In this document: positions 36,600-50,013 of the stretch, in pieces | Layout of the letters: each line of letters begins with the position of its first letter | Position numbering within the stretch: the first letter of the stretch is position 1 | Origin: Camelus ferus | Lineage: Eukaryota | Length of the DNA stretch: 64,000 nucleotides | Assembly: GCF_009834535.1 (NCBI RefSeq) | Contig: NC_045697.1 | Location: forward strand, 61,072,001-61,136,000 | Reading direction: 5' to 3' | Notes under the pieces: model-generated | Seen by the model: only the letters and a program-made list of their open reading frames with translations | Told to the model about the DNA's origin: nothing | Databases searched by the model: none | Translations under genes and position numbers: made by a program

Positions 36600-37890
36600 C
36601 CCTTATCACTTACGCATAATAGGGTTACAGAACTGACCATGATGCACAGATCCCTGCTTTCATAAAACTTATATTGTATTTCATATATGAGTGAGAGAGG
36701 AGGTAGATAAATAAGGAAGTTAAAAAAAATGAATGAAGAAAATAATTTCCATAGAGGTAAGTGATAAGACCTGACCTTGAATGAGAGTATCCCAGGCAAA
36801 GGGAATAATAAAAAGTGGAAGTATGATTTCCATGTCAAGGAACAGAAAGAAGAAAGTCTAGTGTGTTGATCTGAAAAAACTAAACTAGCATTATAAATTG
36901 ATACGGGAGGCGTGTGCAGAAGCCTAGTCATCTATGACCATGGAGGCCATGGTTAACAGTTTGGGTCTCAGTGAAAATAAATTTGGAAACTTTGGAAGGT
37001 TTGTGGGGGGTGATGAAAGGGGGATATCATTTGATTTACACTGTTTACAAGTTCATGCTGGCTAATATATAAGGAATAAACAGAAGAAGCATCAGTAAGC
37101 AGACCTTTACACTAGCCCAGGGGAGGAATGACTGTCACTGACTATGGTGATAAATGCTTTTGTTAAAAGACTTGTGTTTCCACTAAAAGCTTTTTTAAAT
37201 TTAGCCATGGCAGGCTGGGGCAGTTCCATAGAAATTCAATGCATGTAGCTTAATGAGAAGAAGACAGGTAGAGAGGGCTGTGAATACATCTTCAGAGAGA
37301 AGTAAGCCACAGGACAGCAAACACCCCAAGTGAGTCCTCAAGCCTTCCAAAAAGTCTTGTGATCCATCTATATCAACTGCTGTGTTGCCGTACATTCACG
37401 TTCTTTTAATTACATAAAGACTACTATCAAGTCTACTTGTTTCCCCTGCCAACCTCCTTCCATCGTCCTTCATTCAGGCGCGGTTCATTTGTATTTCAAT
37501 CTCACTGGTAATAATTTACAGCTATAATTATCATAATCTAATTTTTGTACAGTGGAAAGAATGTTAGCTAAAAAGCAGGTGGATTCCAGTCCTGATACCA
37601 GTGGATTGCCACGAATTTAGGAAGCGCTGAACCTTTCCAGGCCTTGTTGCCCTAATCTGTAAAGTTAGGAGAATAGACCTGTCCCAAGCTCTAAGTGCTT
37701 TAGCCGTTTATATTTAATCCACAAAGTAATTCTGACTTAAGTAGTAGTATCGTTGCTGTGGTTGCTGTTGTTATCTTTCCCCTTAATGGGTAAGAAAACT
37801 GAGCTACCCAAACCAGGTAAATAGTGCGGTCGAGGTCACTAGCTGCTTCAGTTGCAGAGCCAAAGTTTGAATAGTCTTCCTGATCACAGA
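36600..37890. mobile_element. L2 (36600-37150) and MIR (37550-37890) fragments
   Basis: ccaggcaaagggaata; ccctaatctgtaaa..; aagaaaactgag. Confidence 0.5.
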
Positions 37891-39351
37891 AATGACATTC
37901 TTAAACACTACCTTACATCTTTTATAGAATTTAAGTGTAGATTCTTGATAAAAATTTTGTACTTCTTTCATCTTTTTCTGATTTCCTCTCTCATTTCAAC
38001 TTGTACTAATTGTATGTTCAGTAATAATTATATCTATCATGTAAAAGTGTTCACCAAAAAATTATCACTCAAACAAGAATGGAACTAAGCACATTTATAT
38101 ATTGAATAACCACAATGCCAAAGAAGTGCTAATTGTTTTCACCTGTTATATCAATTAATCCTGACAAATCCCCTTCCACGTATGATTGAAATAATTTGCC
38201 AGAAGAGTAAATTAAAGTTGAAGAAGACTAAATAACTTGTCCAAGTCATACTACTACTAGTCATTTTCAGTTTGTATTTGGTCGTACATACTCTATTTTT
38301 GTGACCGCTTAACTCAGCAATGGCTAAAAAGTTTTTAAAAATTCATTAATACTAACTATGTATTCATGAACACCAACTGTTGACTACATATTTCTCAGGA
38401 GAATTCACTGCTGCTACAGTCAATTCATATAACTACCAAAGAGTAACAACAAGGCAATGACTTTGGGCTTAATAAGCCTGGTCCACCTAATCCTCTGACA
38501 TTCTGAAGAGACAATAGATCCACATCTCATTTGTCACCTTGATCTATTTTGTGTTCTTGTGGCACTAACAGCACTATTTCTTCATTGTCTATCCTGCTGT
38601 CATGGTGTATATTACAAGCTTTTTCTACATTTCCATTTTAAGTACTTATGACTTCGCAGGATAAATACTTGAACCCTGCAGAAATGAGATAAGGATTACC
38701 TGTTAGCACAGTCTTGGAATACTCTTGAACTGATATTATAAGCCAGATATTCAGCATTTCTGAAGTCTATCATTTACAGTAGGGTTCAAAATAAGAGCAA
38801 TAATAAAGAATATTTTTACCATTGATAACAATCTTAATCCTTGTAAATTAATAAAAGGCACACATTCACTTCAGATAACAGAGCTAAGCAAACAAAAAAA
38901 TTCAAACTTTTATAAGTAAAGTTTTAGAAAGCTCATTACAACTGCAGAGTATTCCAAGGATAAGAAAGTCATCTAGATTTTTACTCACTTATTATTTTAA
39001 CAATAAGGTGCCCAAAGTAAGTGGTCCAAAAGAAAGAGCCTTACACCACAGTTTCTACAGAGCCCTGGACTAGAAATAAAGGATAGGAAATTCTGCATCT
39101 AAATTATGATTTTTAAATCTTAAATAATTTTATACAATTTAATAGTACCTTCCCAAAATGCAACTCACACTATAAAGTTTAACTAAATATTATGGTTTAC
39201 ATTACATTGACTGAAGTGCCAGTAAACTTGACTATAAAGCAAAATTTTAAGTGATTTTTATGTAACTCCCATTTTCAATTGGATTTGACTACTAAATTAA
39301 AATATTTTGGCAAAAACTTTAATAGATAATGTCTTGCTATATCATTAACAG

Positions 39352-39525
39352 GTTATAATCAGTTGATTTAAACACTGTAACTATAAAGCCCAGATCTTGG
39401 GATATGTGGACGTACAGGACAAATTCTACTGCTGACTACCACCAGTCATCTTAGGAGCATTTGTTTCTAATTCTAAAGATGGCAAAGTCCATGGAAGAAA
39501 ATATATGATATGCCATCAAAATGAG
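39352..39525 (+). pseudogene. Exon remnant (VIIS*FKHCNYKAQILGYVDVQDKFYC*LPPVILGAFVSNSKDGKVHGRKYMICHQNE)
   Basis: Acceptor atcattaacag; 58 codons with two TGA; degenerate donor GAG|gcaaac. Confidence 0.5.
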
Positions 39526-39632
39526 GCAAACTGTTGTAGTCAACTTCTGCATTTTAGAGCACGAGTTTCTCTCTCTCTCTCTTTTTTTTTTTTTTTAACC
39601 AAAGTCAAACTAATGATGCTCTTGGTCTCTAG

Positions 39633-39801
39633 GATCTAACTGCCAGATTTCTTCAAAAAAGAAGTAATACAGAAACATGCTATTCTAGAGCTGGTAAATC
39701 AACAGGAAAACCACATTTCTCCAGGATCTGTAATAAATATAAATCAGGATGAAATTGTAGTATCTAAGATGTCTAATGGGGAAGATGCTTTGTTAAAGCA
39801 G
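39633..39801 (+). pseudogene. Exon remnant (DLTARFLQK/EVIQKHAILELVNQQENHISPGSVININQDEIVVSKMSNGEDALLKQ)
   Basis: Acceptor ctcttggtctctag, donor CAG|gtaatt; open apart from one extra A in an A-run. Confidence 0.7.
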
Positions 39802-40809
39802 GTAATTTTGATTATACAGCAAGTAGGGTGTGTAGTATCAGCATAATCTTAAAATGATCCACTTATGATAAAAAATAGAGTCTTAGGTAGAAACTAGAGA
39901 TATAAGATTCTATCTTTGGGAAAAAGTGACTAGCCAGAACAATAACAGGAGTAACACCTATAGCCAATCTCAAGTAAAGAAAGATACGGTCAGTGTCGTG
40001 ATCCCTGCCTCTAATGGCTGACACGCCCTCTTCCAGAATTCCAAGAATGGGCAGTCCAACCAAATGCATATTCCTTGACTAGAACATCACCCCCAAATAC
40101 CAATTTATTCTTCTGAACTAGTGGTGTGCATCAAGGAACATGGGGATATTGCAATTTAGCATAATGATGATGAGACAGGTGTCTTCCTGATCTTTCCTAG
40201 TCCTGTAATAAATTAATGGTTCCCAAAGGACTTAAAATGACACATCACGTCTTCAGTGTTCCATTATCTGTCCTATGGAGATGCCAGGAGGTCCTGTCTT
40301 TGGGGATAAGGTCTCTGGATCAGACTGTGAAGATGAGGCACCAACTTGGAAACCCCTGAAAAAACCTTATAATAAAAGCAGTCATTGTGACTCATCACTA
40401 AGGAGAAAAGCCAGAAACAATATATGAGTGCCAGAAGGAGAATTCTAAGGGATGAGAAAAGCACCAAAAAGCAGAATGTAAGATAGATTAAATGGATCTC
40501 AGGCAATGAGGTATACTGGACACCAGAATGTGGCCTGTCCTATGCTGGGTCCTGGCCAGTAAAACAATCCCAGGGATAAAGGTGCTAAGTTGGGCCAGGC
40601 ATTATCAGTGTTCAATAAATTCAAGTAACTATATCATATATTGTCAGTGGTACCACCATATATCATGAATAGGTTCCAGCAGGTTATTCAGATTATGTGC
40701 TTTAAACTCATTTGCTTCGTGAATTCTGTGAGTCCCAAATTTTCCATATCAATTTGTTTCTGTCCCACATCTAGGAAGTTATATATTCCAGTAGATCTTA
40801 ATTTTTTAG

Positions 40810-40907
40810 TACCATAATCCATGTAAAAGCAAGCATTCAGGAATAAAGATACTTGTATTTGATGACTCTTTTCAATATGCAAGAGAGTTTTCCTTGCAAC
40901 ACTCGAG
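40810..40907 (+). pseudogene. Exon remnant (YHNPCKSKHSGIKILVFDDSFQYAREFSLQHS)
   Basis: Consensus donor GAG|gtaagt; open, phase 0 to 2; alternative acceptor near 40774. Confidence 0.65.
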
Positions 40908-42249
40908 GTAAGTTTACTTGTTAAGAACAGTTATTGAACAAATACTTGGCAGACACGAATTAATTCACATTGTGTTCTGCATCATCTCAAAGTTTAATTC
41001 TTGAGCCAAGCCTATGCTACACATTCAAAATAATAATATGTTTTTAAAAGCTATTTCAGTATCATGTGGAAATGTATACTGAGTGCCTAAGAGGTAAACT
41101 GTGTTATGTATCATATCCTAAATTTGCCAAGGCCGAGTGAATTTAATTTGTTCACTTAGTAAGCTCTTTGGAATTTCAAATGTATTTTAAACAAGCTGGT
41201 GATTGAGAATATACATTTTATTAGTGTGATTAAATATGACACTTCCATTTATTGCAGTTTAGGCCAATCTTAGCTTCATGACTCATATGTGAAAAATGAA
41301 ATAATTGAATATACATATCATGTGCCCTGAACAATTTTTTTCTATAACTCACTGAAATTCTGTCACAATTTATCATTCTTTAAATACCATATAGTACTGG
41401 TAGTCTATGAGATGTCATCAAAGAAAAAGGAAAAAAGGCCTTAACCAGCATGTTTCCATCCTTGGGGACTCCATATCTCTTTGATCCAAGAAAGAAATAC
41501 ATAAATTTATGGAATGGACTAGAAATTCCTTAATTTAAATCATTTGTTGAATCATGTGGAAAAAAAGCCGAGAGTTATTAAGCTGCTCACAAATCACTGG
41601 TGTATATTTTATATGGTCTGTCAATATGTTGGTAACAAATCTTTACATGGGGAGGAATTGAAGAGGTAGAAATTAAAAGAGAACTAAATATTGTTTGTTA
41701 CTCTGCAAGTACCTGAAATTATGTGAAAGACATACTCCTTTAAACCTAACTTTAAAAAAGTAGTTATCCAGATCTAACCCACATTCTGAAAGCTATTATG
41801 AAATTTCTCAGAATAATCCAGATTCTAGTGCCTTACAATGCTCGACTTTCAGTGAAAATATGGGCTTTTGAATAACAAAAACTGATTTTATTCATTAGTT
41901 AAATTTCCCAACACTAATTATTCAAATGACATTTAATACTAGAAAAAGAGTAATTTATTACTTTTATAGCAAGTGAGATTTACTAGAAATAGATTTTTCA
42001 AGAGTTGAAAGAAATATTTCAATTTAGAATTTTCTAAAATGCAGAAATTTTATGAAAAATAAGTCACCAAATCTGAAATGCATTACCGATTTCTCATAAT
42101 GTATCTTGTACCCTGTAATGAACTATACAATGTACAGTAACTTAATAAAAGACCATTTTGACTTAAGTGTTGATCTAAATGTTTAAAATCGTAATTTACA
42201 CTTGCATAAGAATAGAATGATGATAAGGTGTGAATTTTTAAATAAAGGC

Positions 42250-43534
42250 AAAAGAAAGTAACTTCTTAATGAGGTCCAATCTATTAAATTATACCAACAG
42301 CAGAGGAAGAATCTTGTCTATATCTAGCACAAATGCCTGAACAAATGTGATACGCAGTTTCAGCAATTAATGCTGCTGAATTTATAAACCTAGATATGTG
42401 TGAACTCCCATTTTCTCTCTAACCTATTCTTACAATAATAAAACCTCTTCTTTTTTTGTCAGAGTACTTCCACCACTTTTGATCAGATCTCATCTCTTAC
42501 CCCATTCTCAAAGTCCATGTCTGTTAATCCTGCCTCTCCTTATTATTATCATCATTCTATCATCAAACTCTTCCTAGATTATGAATATCAGCATTAAACT
42601 ATGATCTACTATCTCAAACTGATCTCTTCTTCCTTGAAAAACTGTGTGGTGTTGGATTTGGAGGGGAGAGGCAGCATCACTTATATCATCGTTCCTTGTT
42701 TCCCTCTTACTTTTCTGAATTTGCCTTGTTCTTTGATGTTCACTCCTCTTTCTGAATGTAAACTCCACATATTTGGGTTCCACTGGGTACCAACGTGAGT
42801 CCACTTCTTTTGTTTCTGAACATTCTAACCTGTGATATTGTTAAGTTTCCCTGAAATTAAAGACCACCTCTCTGCTGACTTTTCCCTAATTAATTTATCC
42901 ATCCCAGAGTCTTCATCTTGATTCTTCCTTTGCATAACCCCATGGTCTCTCCAAACCAATCTCTCAGCCATCCTGTTGATCTTATATACAAAATGTATGT
43001 TCCACTCATTCTCTGTTGCTCATTTTACACTCATAACTTTAGTTCACACCACCATCACCTTTTGCTTAGACTCTACTAGTAGCATCCAAGCTTCTTTCTC
43101 CACCTCTATTCATCTTACATTCCAAACCTTTTTTATCCAGCTGCAAAAGCAACCTTAAAAAATAAATCTCATTGTATTTTTTGCAGATGAAGTGTTTCAG
43201 TGGATTCCCATTATAGTTAGAATCAAACCATATTACTTACAGTTTGAAAGTTTTTATGTAATTTCATTCCTCCCTTTCTTGCCAGCTGTGCTTTAAGCAC
43301 CCTAATGATCTTTGAGTTCTTAGAATAAGCCAACTTCTTTCAGTCTCAGGACATTTGCATATGATATGTACCATACCTGGATTATTTTCCATTCCATCTT
43401 CAAACATCTAGCATCTTCTAATTCATTTTTTGTTACAACTTAAATTTTAACTCCTTAAAAAGTTTGTTATGACCACCTTCTCTAAAATACCAATTCTTCC
43501 ATCTTGCAGATATTCTTTACTGAGATCTTTGCTT

Positions 43535-43576
<42 letters not shown>

Positions 43577-43720
43577 CCCACTAGACAGTAAGCTTCATTT
43601 TGCCAGACACTAGGTCTGTTTTGGTTGGCTGTAAAAACCCCAGTCCCTAAGGTAGAGCAGGCACAATATTATTAGAGTTGCAGCTATTTCATTGAAACAG
43701 AAATAAAACTATATATAAAA
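42250..43720 (+). mobile_element. L2 fragment
   Basis: Pyrimidine-rich L2 pattern: tctcaggacatttgcat..cccactagacagtaagcttcat. Confidence 0.6.
43538..43575. repeat. (CA)n microsatellite
   Basis: Direct reading. Confidence 0.95.
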
Positions 43721-44489
43721 TATTAGTGTTTCTTATTATTTATTTACTATTGTTATATTTGTAAATTTTATGGACTTCATAAAATTAATCACACCAGCTT
43801 TAATATGAAAACTACAATATGATTTTTAGTCATATGGGAAATATGAATTGTCAAATTGTATTCATTATATTCTTATGCATTACAAATTTTGTTAAGATTT
43901 GGTATAAAAATCTGTCATCAAGTAACTTGTTAAGCTAGAATAGGTATAAGCCAGTGTTCATTCCTCTCAAAAGGACATTCTATACTAGCAACAAATATTA
44001 ACTAGGATATTATAAAAAGCAAATGTTTTTCATCTTTATTTCTAGAGCTGTAATTTGGGTTTTGGAAAACTATGAGTTTCAGCAGTTGTGTTTTTAATCC
44101 TTTTAAATCATTTCTAAATTATACTAAAAGTATTGAAGTGATTGATTTTGATTTTCCAGGAAAACTCCACACTCTCCTAACCTCCTAATGGTATAAATGT
44201 TACCATTTTATCTTTATCAACCACGCAGATCTAAGTTGAAAACACTTTGGTTTGGAAAAACAAACAATAAAGGAAACAAGAAACAACGGGTCATACTTAA
44301 GCTACTTCACATCCTCTATGTTGGGAGATGATGCAATGTATTGTCTATATTTGCAATTGCTCTCCTTCAGTCTTCTCTCAGTTCTGGACAATGTATATTG
44401 GACTGTAATGATGTACAGGAAATGAACAATTATTAAGGACAAAAAAAATCTTTATAAGTGAAAGTGAGACTTGCTTCTTGGAAAGTAGC

Positions 44490-44520
<31 letters not shown>

Positions 44521-44521
44521 C
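44490..44521. repeat. (AAAAC)n
   Basis: Direct reading. Confidence 0.9.
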
Positions 44522-44569
44522 CTATGTACAGTCCTGAATCTTTCTTTTTAAATAATATAAAAATTGAAT

Positions 44570-45590
44570 ATTGTTCTTTCGTTGATTCAGCAAATATTTA
44601 CTGGACAATTCTTATGTGCCTATCTTTGTTTTAGGTGTTTGGGGCACAACAGTGGACAAAACAATGATCCCTGTCTTTGTGAATTTATAATCTTGTGGGG
44701 CAACTTTGACAATAAAAAACTAACTTTAGAAATGAATTTGTATATTATGTTAGAAGCTGCTAAACATTATGAAAAAATGTACAATCCAGAGTATTAGGAT
44801 TGGAAGAGGGAGGCTGATATGCTAATTGGGTGCGCATAGTAATCCACTCTGAGAATAAAGATGTTCTTTGAACAAATACTGGAGAAGGGGAATTTTACAA
44901 TGGAAACATCTGTAGGAAGAGAGTTACAGAGGTTAGGGAACAGCCAGGAAAAGGCTGAAAGGTGAGAAGAGGCCTGACATATTGAGAGAACATGAAGGCC
45001 TGTGTGCTTGGAATGAGCTAAGTGAGTGAAAGGATGTTAGCAGGTAATTTCAGAAAGAAAGTTATGACAGATCATGTAGGTTCTTAAAGATTATTGCAGA
45101 CTTTAGCTTTTACTCTGAGTAATTTGAGAGCCTTTTCAAGAATTTTTCAGAGGAGTGACATGATTTGAATAAGGTTCTAAAAAGATCACTAAGCTACCTC
45201 GTTGAGAATACAGTGGTTGGAGAAAGATCAAATAGAATTGGCAGTCCAGTTATAAAGTATCACAATCACCCAGATGAGCTAGATCTGTTATTTAGAACAA
45301 TGGAGGTGAATAAAAGTGGTCAGGTTCTGAATATATTTTGTAGATAGAGTCAACAGATTCCAATAGTATTTTCTGATACTAGCATGTGTCGTATTCTAGG
45401 ATTAAGAGTATTGGTGTATCAAGTATGGTACCAACGTTTCGAATCTGAGTAAGTGGAAGACTAGATTTGCAGTAAGTGAGTTGGCATGGGAAGGGATGCA
45501 GGTGGAGAAGTTTCTGCTTGTTTATTTTGGCAGTGGGAAGGAATTCATCTCAGTTTTAGGCTTGTTGAGTTTATGTTCTATCTAATGTCT
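44570..45590 (-). mobile_element. L2 fragment
   Basis: attcagcaaatatttactgga; gactttagcttttactctgagt. Confidence 0.65.
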
Positions 45591-45738
45591 AGTTGACACT
45601 CTTTTTGTTTAGAGAACAATAATTCAAGTTCACGAAAATAAACATTAATTTGGTCCATATTACATGCCAGGCATTGGTTTAGGCTCATTACTTTTCAATG
45701 AACACCCAACCATGTTGTTTAAAATCTATTTTCACAAG

Positions 45739-46030
45739 GATGCTCAGGTTGACAATTTCTTGTTCAAAGCCACTAAAACCAGAGGATTTTTGATTTCAGT
45801 AATTATCAGATTGTACAAAAAGCAGTAAGAATGTATATGCAATCTATTTTATAATATCTTTCATTGGATCTAGGGTAGTATTCTTTAAGTGACCATATTA
45901 TTATATATTCAGGGAAACATATAACTATTCACAGTAATAGGAACTAATAAAAACTATCATTAGGCTGCTGCCAGTTCAGGTCAGGCATTTTCACCAAACA
46001 AGTTTAAGTCAAATCAGATTTTATTGCCAG
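45739..46030 (+). pseudogene. Two exon remnants, 45739-45824 (DAQVDNFLFKATKTRGFLISVIIRLYKK) and 45913-46030 (..ELIKTIIRLLPVQVRHFHQTSLSQIRFYCQ)
   Basis: Donors CA|gtaaga and CAG|gtaagt; 88 nt intron; phases compatible. Confidence 0.55.
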
Positions 46031-46344
46031 GTAAGTCGTTTTTTAAAATCTTCAGATTTTCAGAATTTATTGGCTTTTAAAATTTCAAATAAAGCCCTGT
46101 AGACCTACATCAACTGTGTAATTTTGGAAATCCTAAAAATAAAACACAAAGCTGATGCTGACAAGCCACCCTTCCATATGAGTGAATTCTCTCTTTGGAT
46201 TAGTGCTTAAAAGCAGTCATTTCCTTAGGATCCACCCAAGCTTCTTGACTATTTCATTCATTTCTAGTATTTCATGGCATATGTGCTTTGAATGCATGTT
46301 TAAAATTATTTCTAAAATGTTTACTAAAAATTAAATCTTCATAA

Positions 46345-46990
46345 TGAAGACTGGTCGCCAGAAAAGACCAAGCCATAATTAGATGCTTGGAATTTTCAGC
46401 CTCACATGCTCATCCTCCAGAGAGGGAAGAGGGGCTGGAGACTGAGTTAATACTCAATCATGCCTGTACGACGAAGTCTCCAGAGAAATCTCTAAAGTAT
46501 GGGGTTTGGAGAACTTCTGGGATGGTGAATACATCCACCTACTGAGAGAGGAACACAAACTCCTGTGTTCAAGAGTCTTTCAGACCCTGCCCTATATATT
46601 TCCTCATACGGCTGTTCAACTATGTCTTTTATCATAACCTTTACTGTGTAATAAACTGGTAAACATAGTGCTTCCCTGAGTTTTGAGAATGATTCTTGCA
46701 AATTATCAAGCCAAGAAGGCCTGATTTTTAACTGGTCAGTCATAAGTTCAGGTGACAACCTGGGACTTGAAATTGGTGTCTCAAGTGGAGAGGGTTTTAT
46801 AGGACTGAACCCTTAACTTGTGGGACATGATGCCAACTCCAGGTAGATTCAGTACTGAGTTGAATTGCAGGACACCCACATGGTGTCTGAAGAATTGGAG
46901 AATTGCTTAGTGTGGAAAAATGCCACGCACCTGGTGTCCGAAATGAAATGTTCTGAAAGTTTTGAGAGGAAAACAGAGTTTTTTTCCTTT
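46345..46990 (+). mobile_element. MER21-like LTR
   Basis: gaaaagaccaagcc..ggggctggagactgagtt..tgccaactccaggtaga..gaattgcaggacaccca. Confidence 0.7.
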
Positions 46991-47819
46991 TCTTTGGTAT
47001 AAAGATTTTTTATCCAGGTTTGTAGACATTTAGGGTACTATATATTTTTAATAGATTTCCCCCTTCACATTATGAAATGTTCTCTTTGCCCCCTGAAATA
47101 TTCCTTGTTCTGAAGTCTACTTTTCTGATAGTAAAATAATCACACCTACTATCTCATGCTTAGCTATATCTTTTTTTATATGTTATAACTTTTCCCATGT
47201 TTTAAAACTTTTAACCTCTGTATATATTTATATTTAAATTAGTTTCTAATAGAAAGTAGTATAATCAGTCTTTTCATTTGATAAGATTTTTATGGACTAT
47301 ATTTCATAGGAAAAAATATACAATGTTTTTCCTCTAAATAAAATAGTTTGCCATATTCTGAACATCCAAAGATATATATATTATCACCATTAAAAAAGGG
47401 AAATTCCCAGAAATCCTTTTACAATTAACAAGTATAACAAAAACAAAATTGTGAGCTACTGAAAGTGGTCAAATTTGTTCAAAATGCTAACTGCATTGTG
47501 AAAAACTACTGGATTATATTATGGACAAAATGAGAGAAAATATTTTTATATTAGTTCACTCTATGTCTTTTTCATATCTTTACTTACAAAGTACCGTTAC
47601 ATGCATTTATTTGTGTCCTTTCTAATGTCTGTCTTCCCACTAGAGAGTATCCATCAAAAAGCAGGATCTATTCTATTAATTTCTGTATACAGTGATATGA
47701 ACATAGTAGATGGTCAATCTCTGCTTAATAACTCAATGACTATTGATAATACTGCATTGACTAATCTGTTAAATAGTGATACATAACATGGAAGAGCATT
47801 AAGTATGTAAATATTACAG

Positions 47820-48268
47820 CAAAAGGAAAGGGATGGGTTTTTCCAGAGAAAAGTAAAATGTTTCATTAGTTAAAGACTATGTTAACAGTCACCGGATTGT
47901 AATATAGTCTTGTTAAAAGAAAGAAATGGAAGATAAACGAAGCAATGAACTCTAAAACATATTCAAAAAATTTTATTCCATTAAGTATGTATTGGAAAAG
48001 TTTGTTCATTTAAGTGTGCTGGTAATTTTGGAAGCTTCATTTTTGGGGAGAAATAGGATTTCAATAAATCATACAAATTCAAGGAGAGTATTTTGGAGAA
48101 CCTAGGCATTATTAATGTACTTTGAAGGCTCAAAATTTAAAATATGATTAAGGTGTTCAATAGTAAAAAAAAAATACTAGAGGAATTCGTGTAAGTAGAA
48201 ACCATGGGAAGCTAACAATATAGTTAGTGACTCAGATGACTAAGAAGAACTTTGATTCTGAAGAAAAG
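47820..48268 (+). pseudogene. Two decayed exon remnants, 47820-47984 and 48128-48268
   Basis: Donors TAA|gtatgt and AAG|gtaaga; purine-rich; frames ambiguous. Confidence 0.4.
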
Positions 48269-48589
48269 GTAAGATTTATTAAATATATTTTTTCAATTAC
48301 TCAAATAGAACAGGTTATACTAAAATGGACAAATAATAAATTTTTTAAGGAATTTGAAACAATACTCCTGAAAGAAAAGAAAATAAAGCGTGAAATAAAT
48401 AAAATACTTATCTTTAAATAAGTTTGTGTTCAGGGAGATAAAGACTAGGAGGTTTTCCAGAGTCTAGATCAAAGGGAAAAAAATATAAAAAAATTTAACA
48501 TGTGGCATTTCAGTCATGAAATCTCACCATGGGAGCTTCAGTAGAAAAAGTGAAAATCAATGGGAAAAGATCAACCAAATAAAATTAAT

Positions 48590-49800
48590 TTATTTCTGTG
48601 GCTCAAATTTATAGCCTTTGCATTATGTTTGTTGTATTGTTTGGCCTTCCCTTATTCATGGGTGGGATTTCTCCATGTGATACTAATTTTTCTTCAAAGA
48701 TTTAGTTAATATATGAGTGTGTTTCTACTGATTATTTTGTCTCTTGCCAATGAGTCATGTGTGCTGGCTTTTTTTTGTGGGTGTGTCATTTTTTATTGAG
48801 TATTAGACATTGTGTAAAAGTACAGTAGTGACTAAGTTTAATTTTGTTTACAGAAAAGATGACTTTGCTTCTATCAGGCAATTACTGTGGGAGAAGTTGA
48901 ATTGATCAGACCGTTACTCAGTGGCCTGGCCTTTGCTGTTACCGCTGGGGTTGCGGTAGCCTTCACTTAAACTCAGCGGAGGGCCTGGGGCACGGAAAGG
49001 GTATTTTCCAGTGTCCTGACTTTGCCGGCAGACTTAGGCAGACCCTGTGTCCCTCCTCCTCTTCGGAGGAGTGTTCTTTCAGTGCCCCTGCTCCCTCAGG
49101 GGAGGGCTGCTGCTTCCTGGGACTCGTCGTGGGGCCCAAGGTATGGAAAGATTCTTCTCAGATGTTCTATTCCGCTCTCAGACCAATGCAGGCCCTGAGT
49201 GCCTGCAAGTCTGGGGATGTCTTTTTTTTTTTTTTTTTTTTTTTTCCAGTTTTCATTCCCATCCTGCAGAGACAGATGCAGCTACTGCATACCCACTTCT
49301 AGTGATTTACGCAGAAGGCAAGAATGATTAGAGTTTCTAGGTTCTTTCTCTTCAGATTTAGGCAAGATCCGAGTGCCTGTAATTCTGTAATTATGAGGTT
49401 GTTTCCCTCTGTTTCCCTGCCTTACCCCAAACATTAAAAAAAAATCATGAAAAAGAGTGAATAGGGGTACACGTCCCTTATTTCCAGGGTTTATTGGGCT
49501 TTAAAACTATCTGTCCACCTAACCCACAGGATGAGTGAATTTGTTATAAGTCTAGCTCTTTATCTGTTTCTGTGGTGTCTTCCTGTTCTTCCTACTGCTT
49601 TGGCAAAGGTAATACAGCCTGGGCCCTGGCCCCTCTAAGAAGGGTTTGTCACTTCTTAAAACTTGGCTCATTAGATTATTTGATTATTTCAGCCTTTTCA
49701 AGATGAAACATATAATTTTGTAGATTTTCCAATTTGTTTTTGTTAAAATGGGAGCTGCATTCTCCTGCCACTTTCTGTATCCTCAGCAGAAGCCCTCTTT
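48590..49800 (-). mobile_element. Probable old L1 5'-region fragment
   Basis: T-rich antisense L1-like sequence with GC-richer stretch; family not resolved. Confidence 0.35.
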
Positions 49801-49916
49801 ATTCTTGACTACTGGATATTTCCCATAATATGCAGAAAATCAAGCTCATTTAAAATTTTTTTTTGTTAGTTATCCATCATTCAGATTTTTTGTGTTTCAG
49901 TTTCCCCTACCCCTAG

Positions 49917-50013
49917 AATATCTAATAAGTGATACAGATGAAAAATAAAGTCATCTTCATCTTTCAAAGCAAAGTGCATGGATATTGCCTAAAGAGAAAA
50001 GAATAATATTAAA
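49917..50013 (+). pseudogene. Exon remnant (EYLISDTDEK*SHLHLSKQSAWILPKEKRIILK)
   Basis: Acceptor tttcccctacccctag; one stop; 3' end uncertain. Confidence 0.4.
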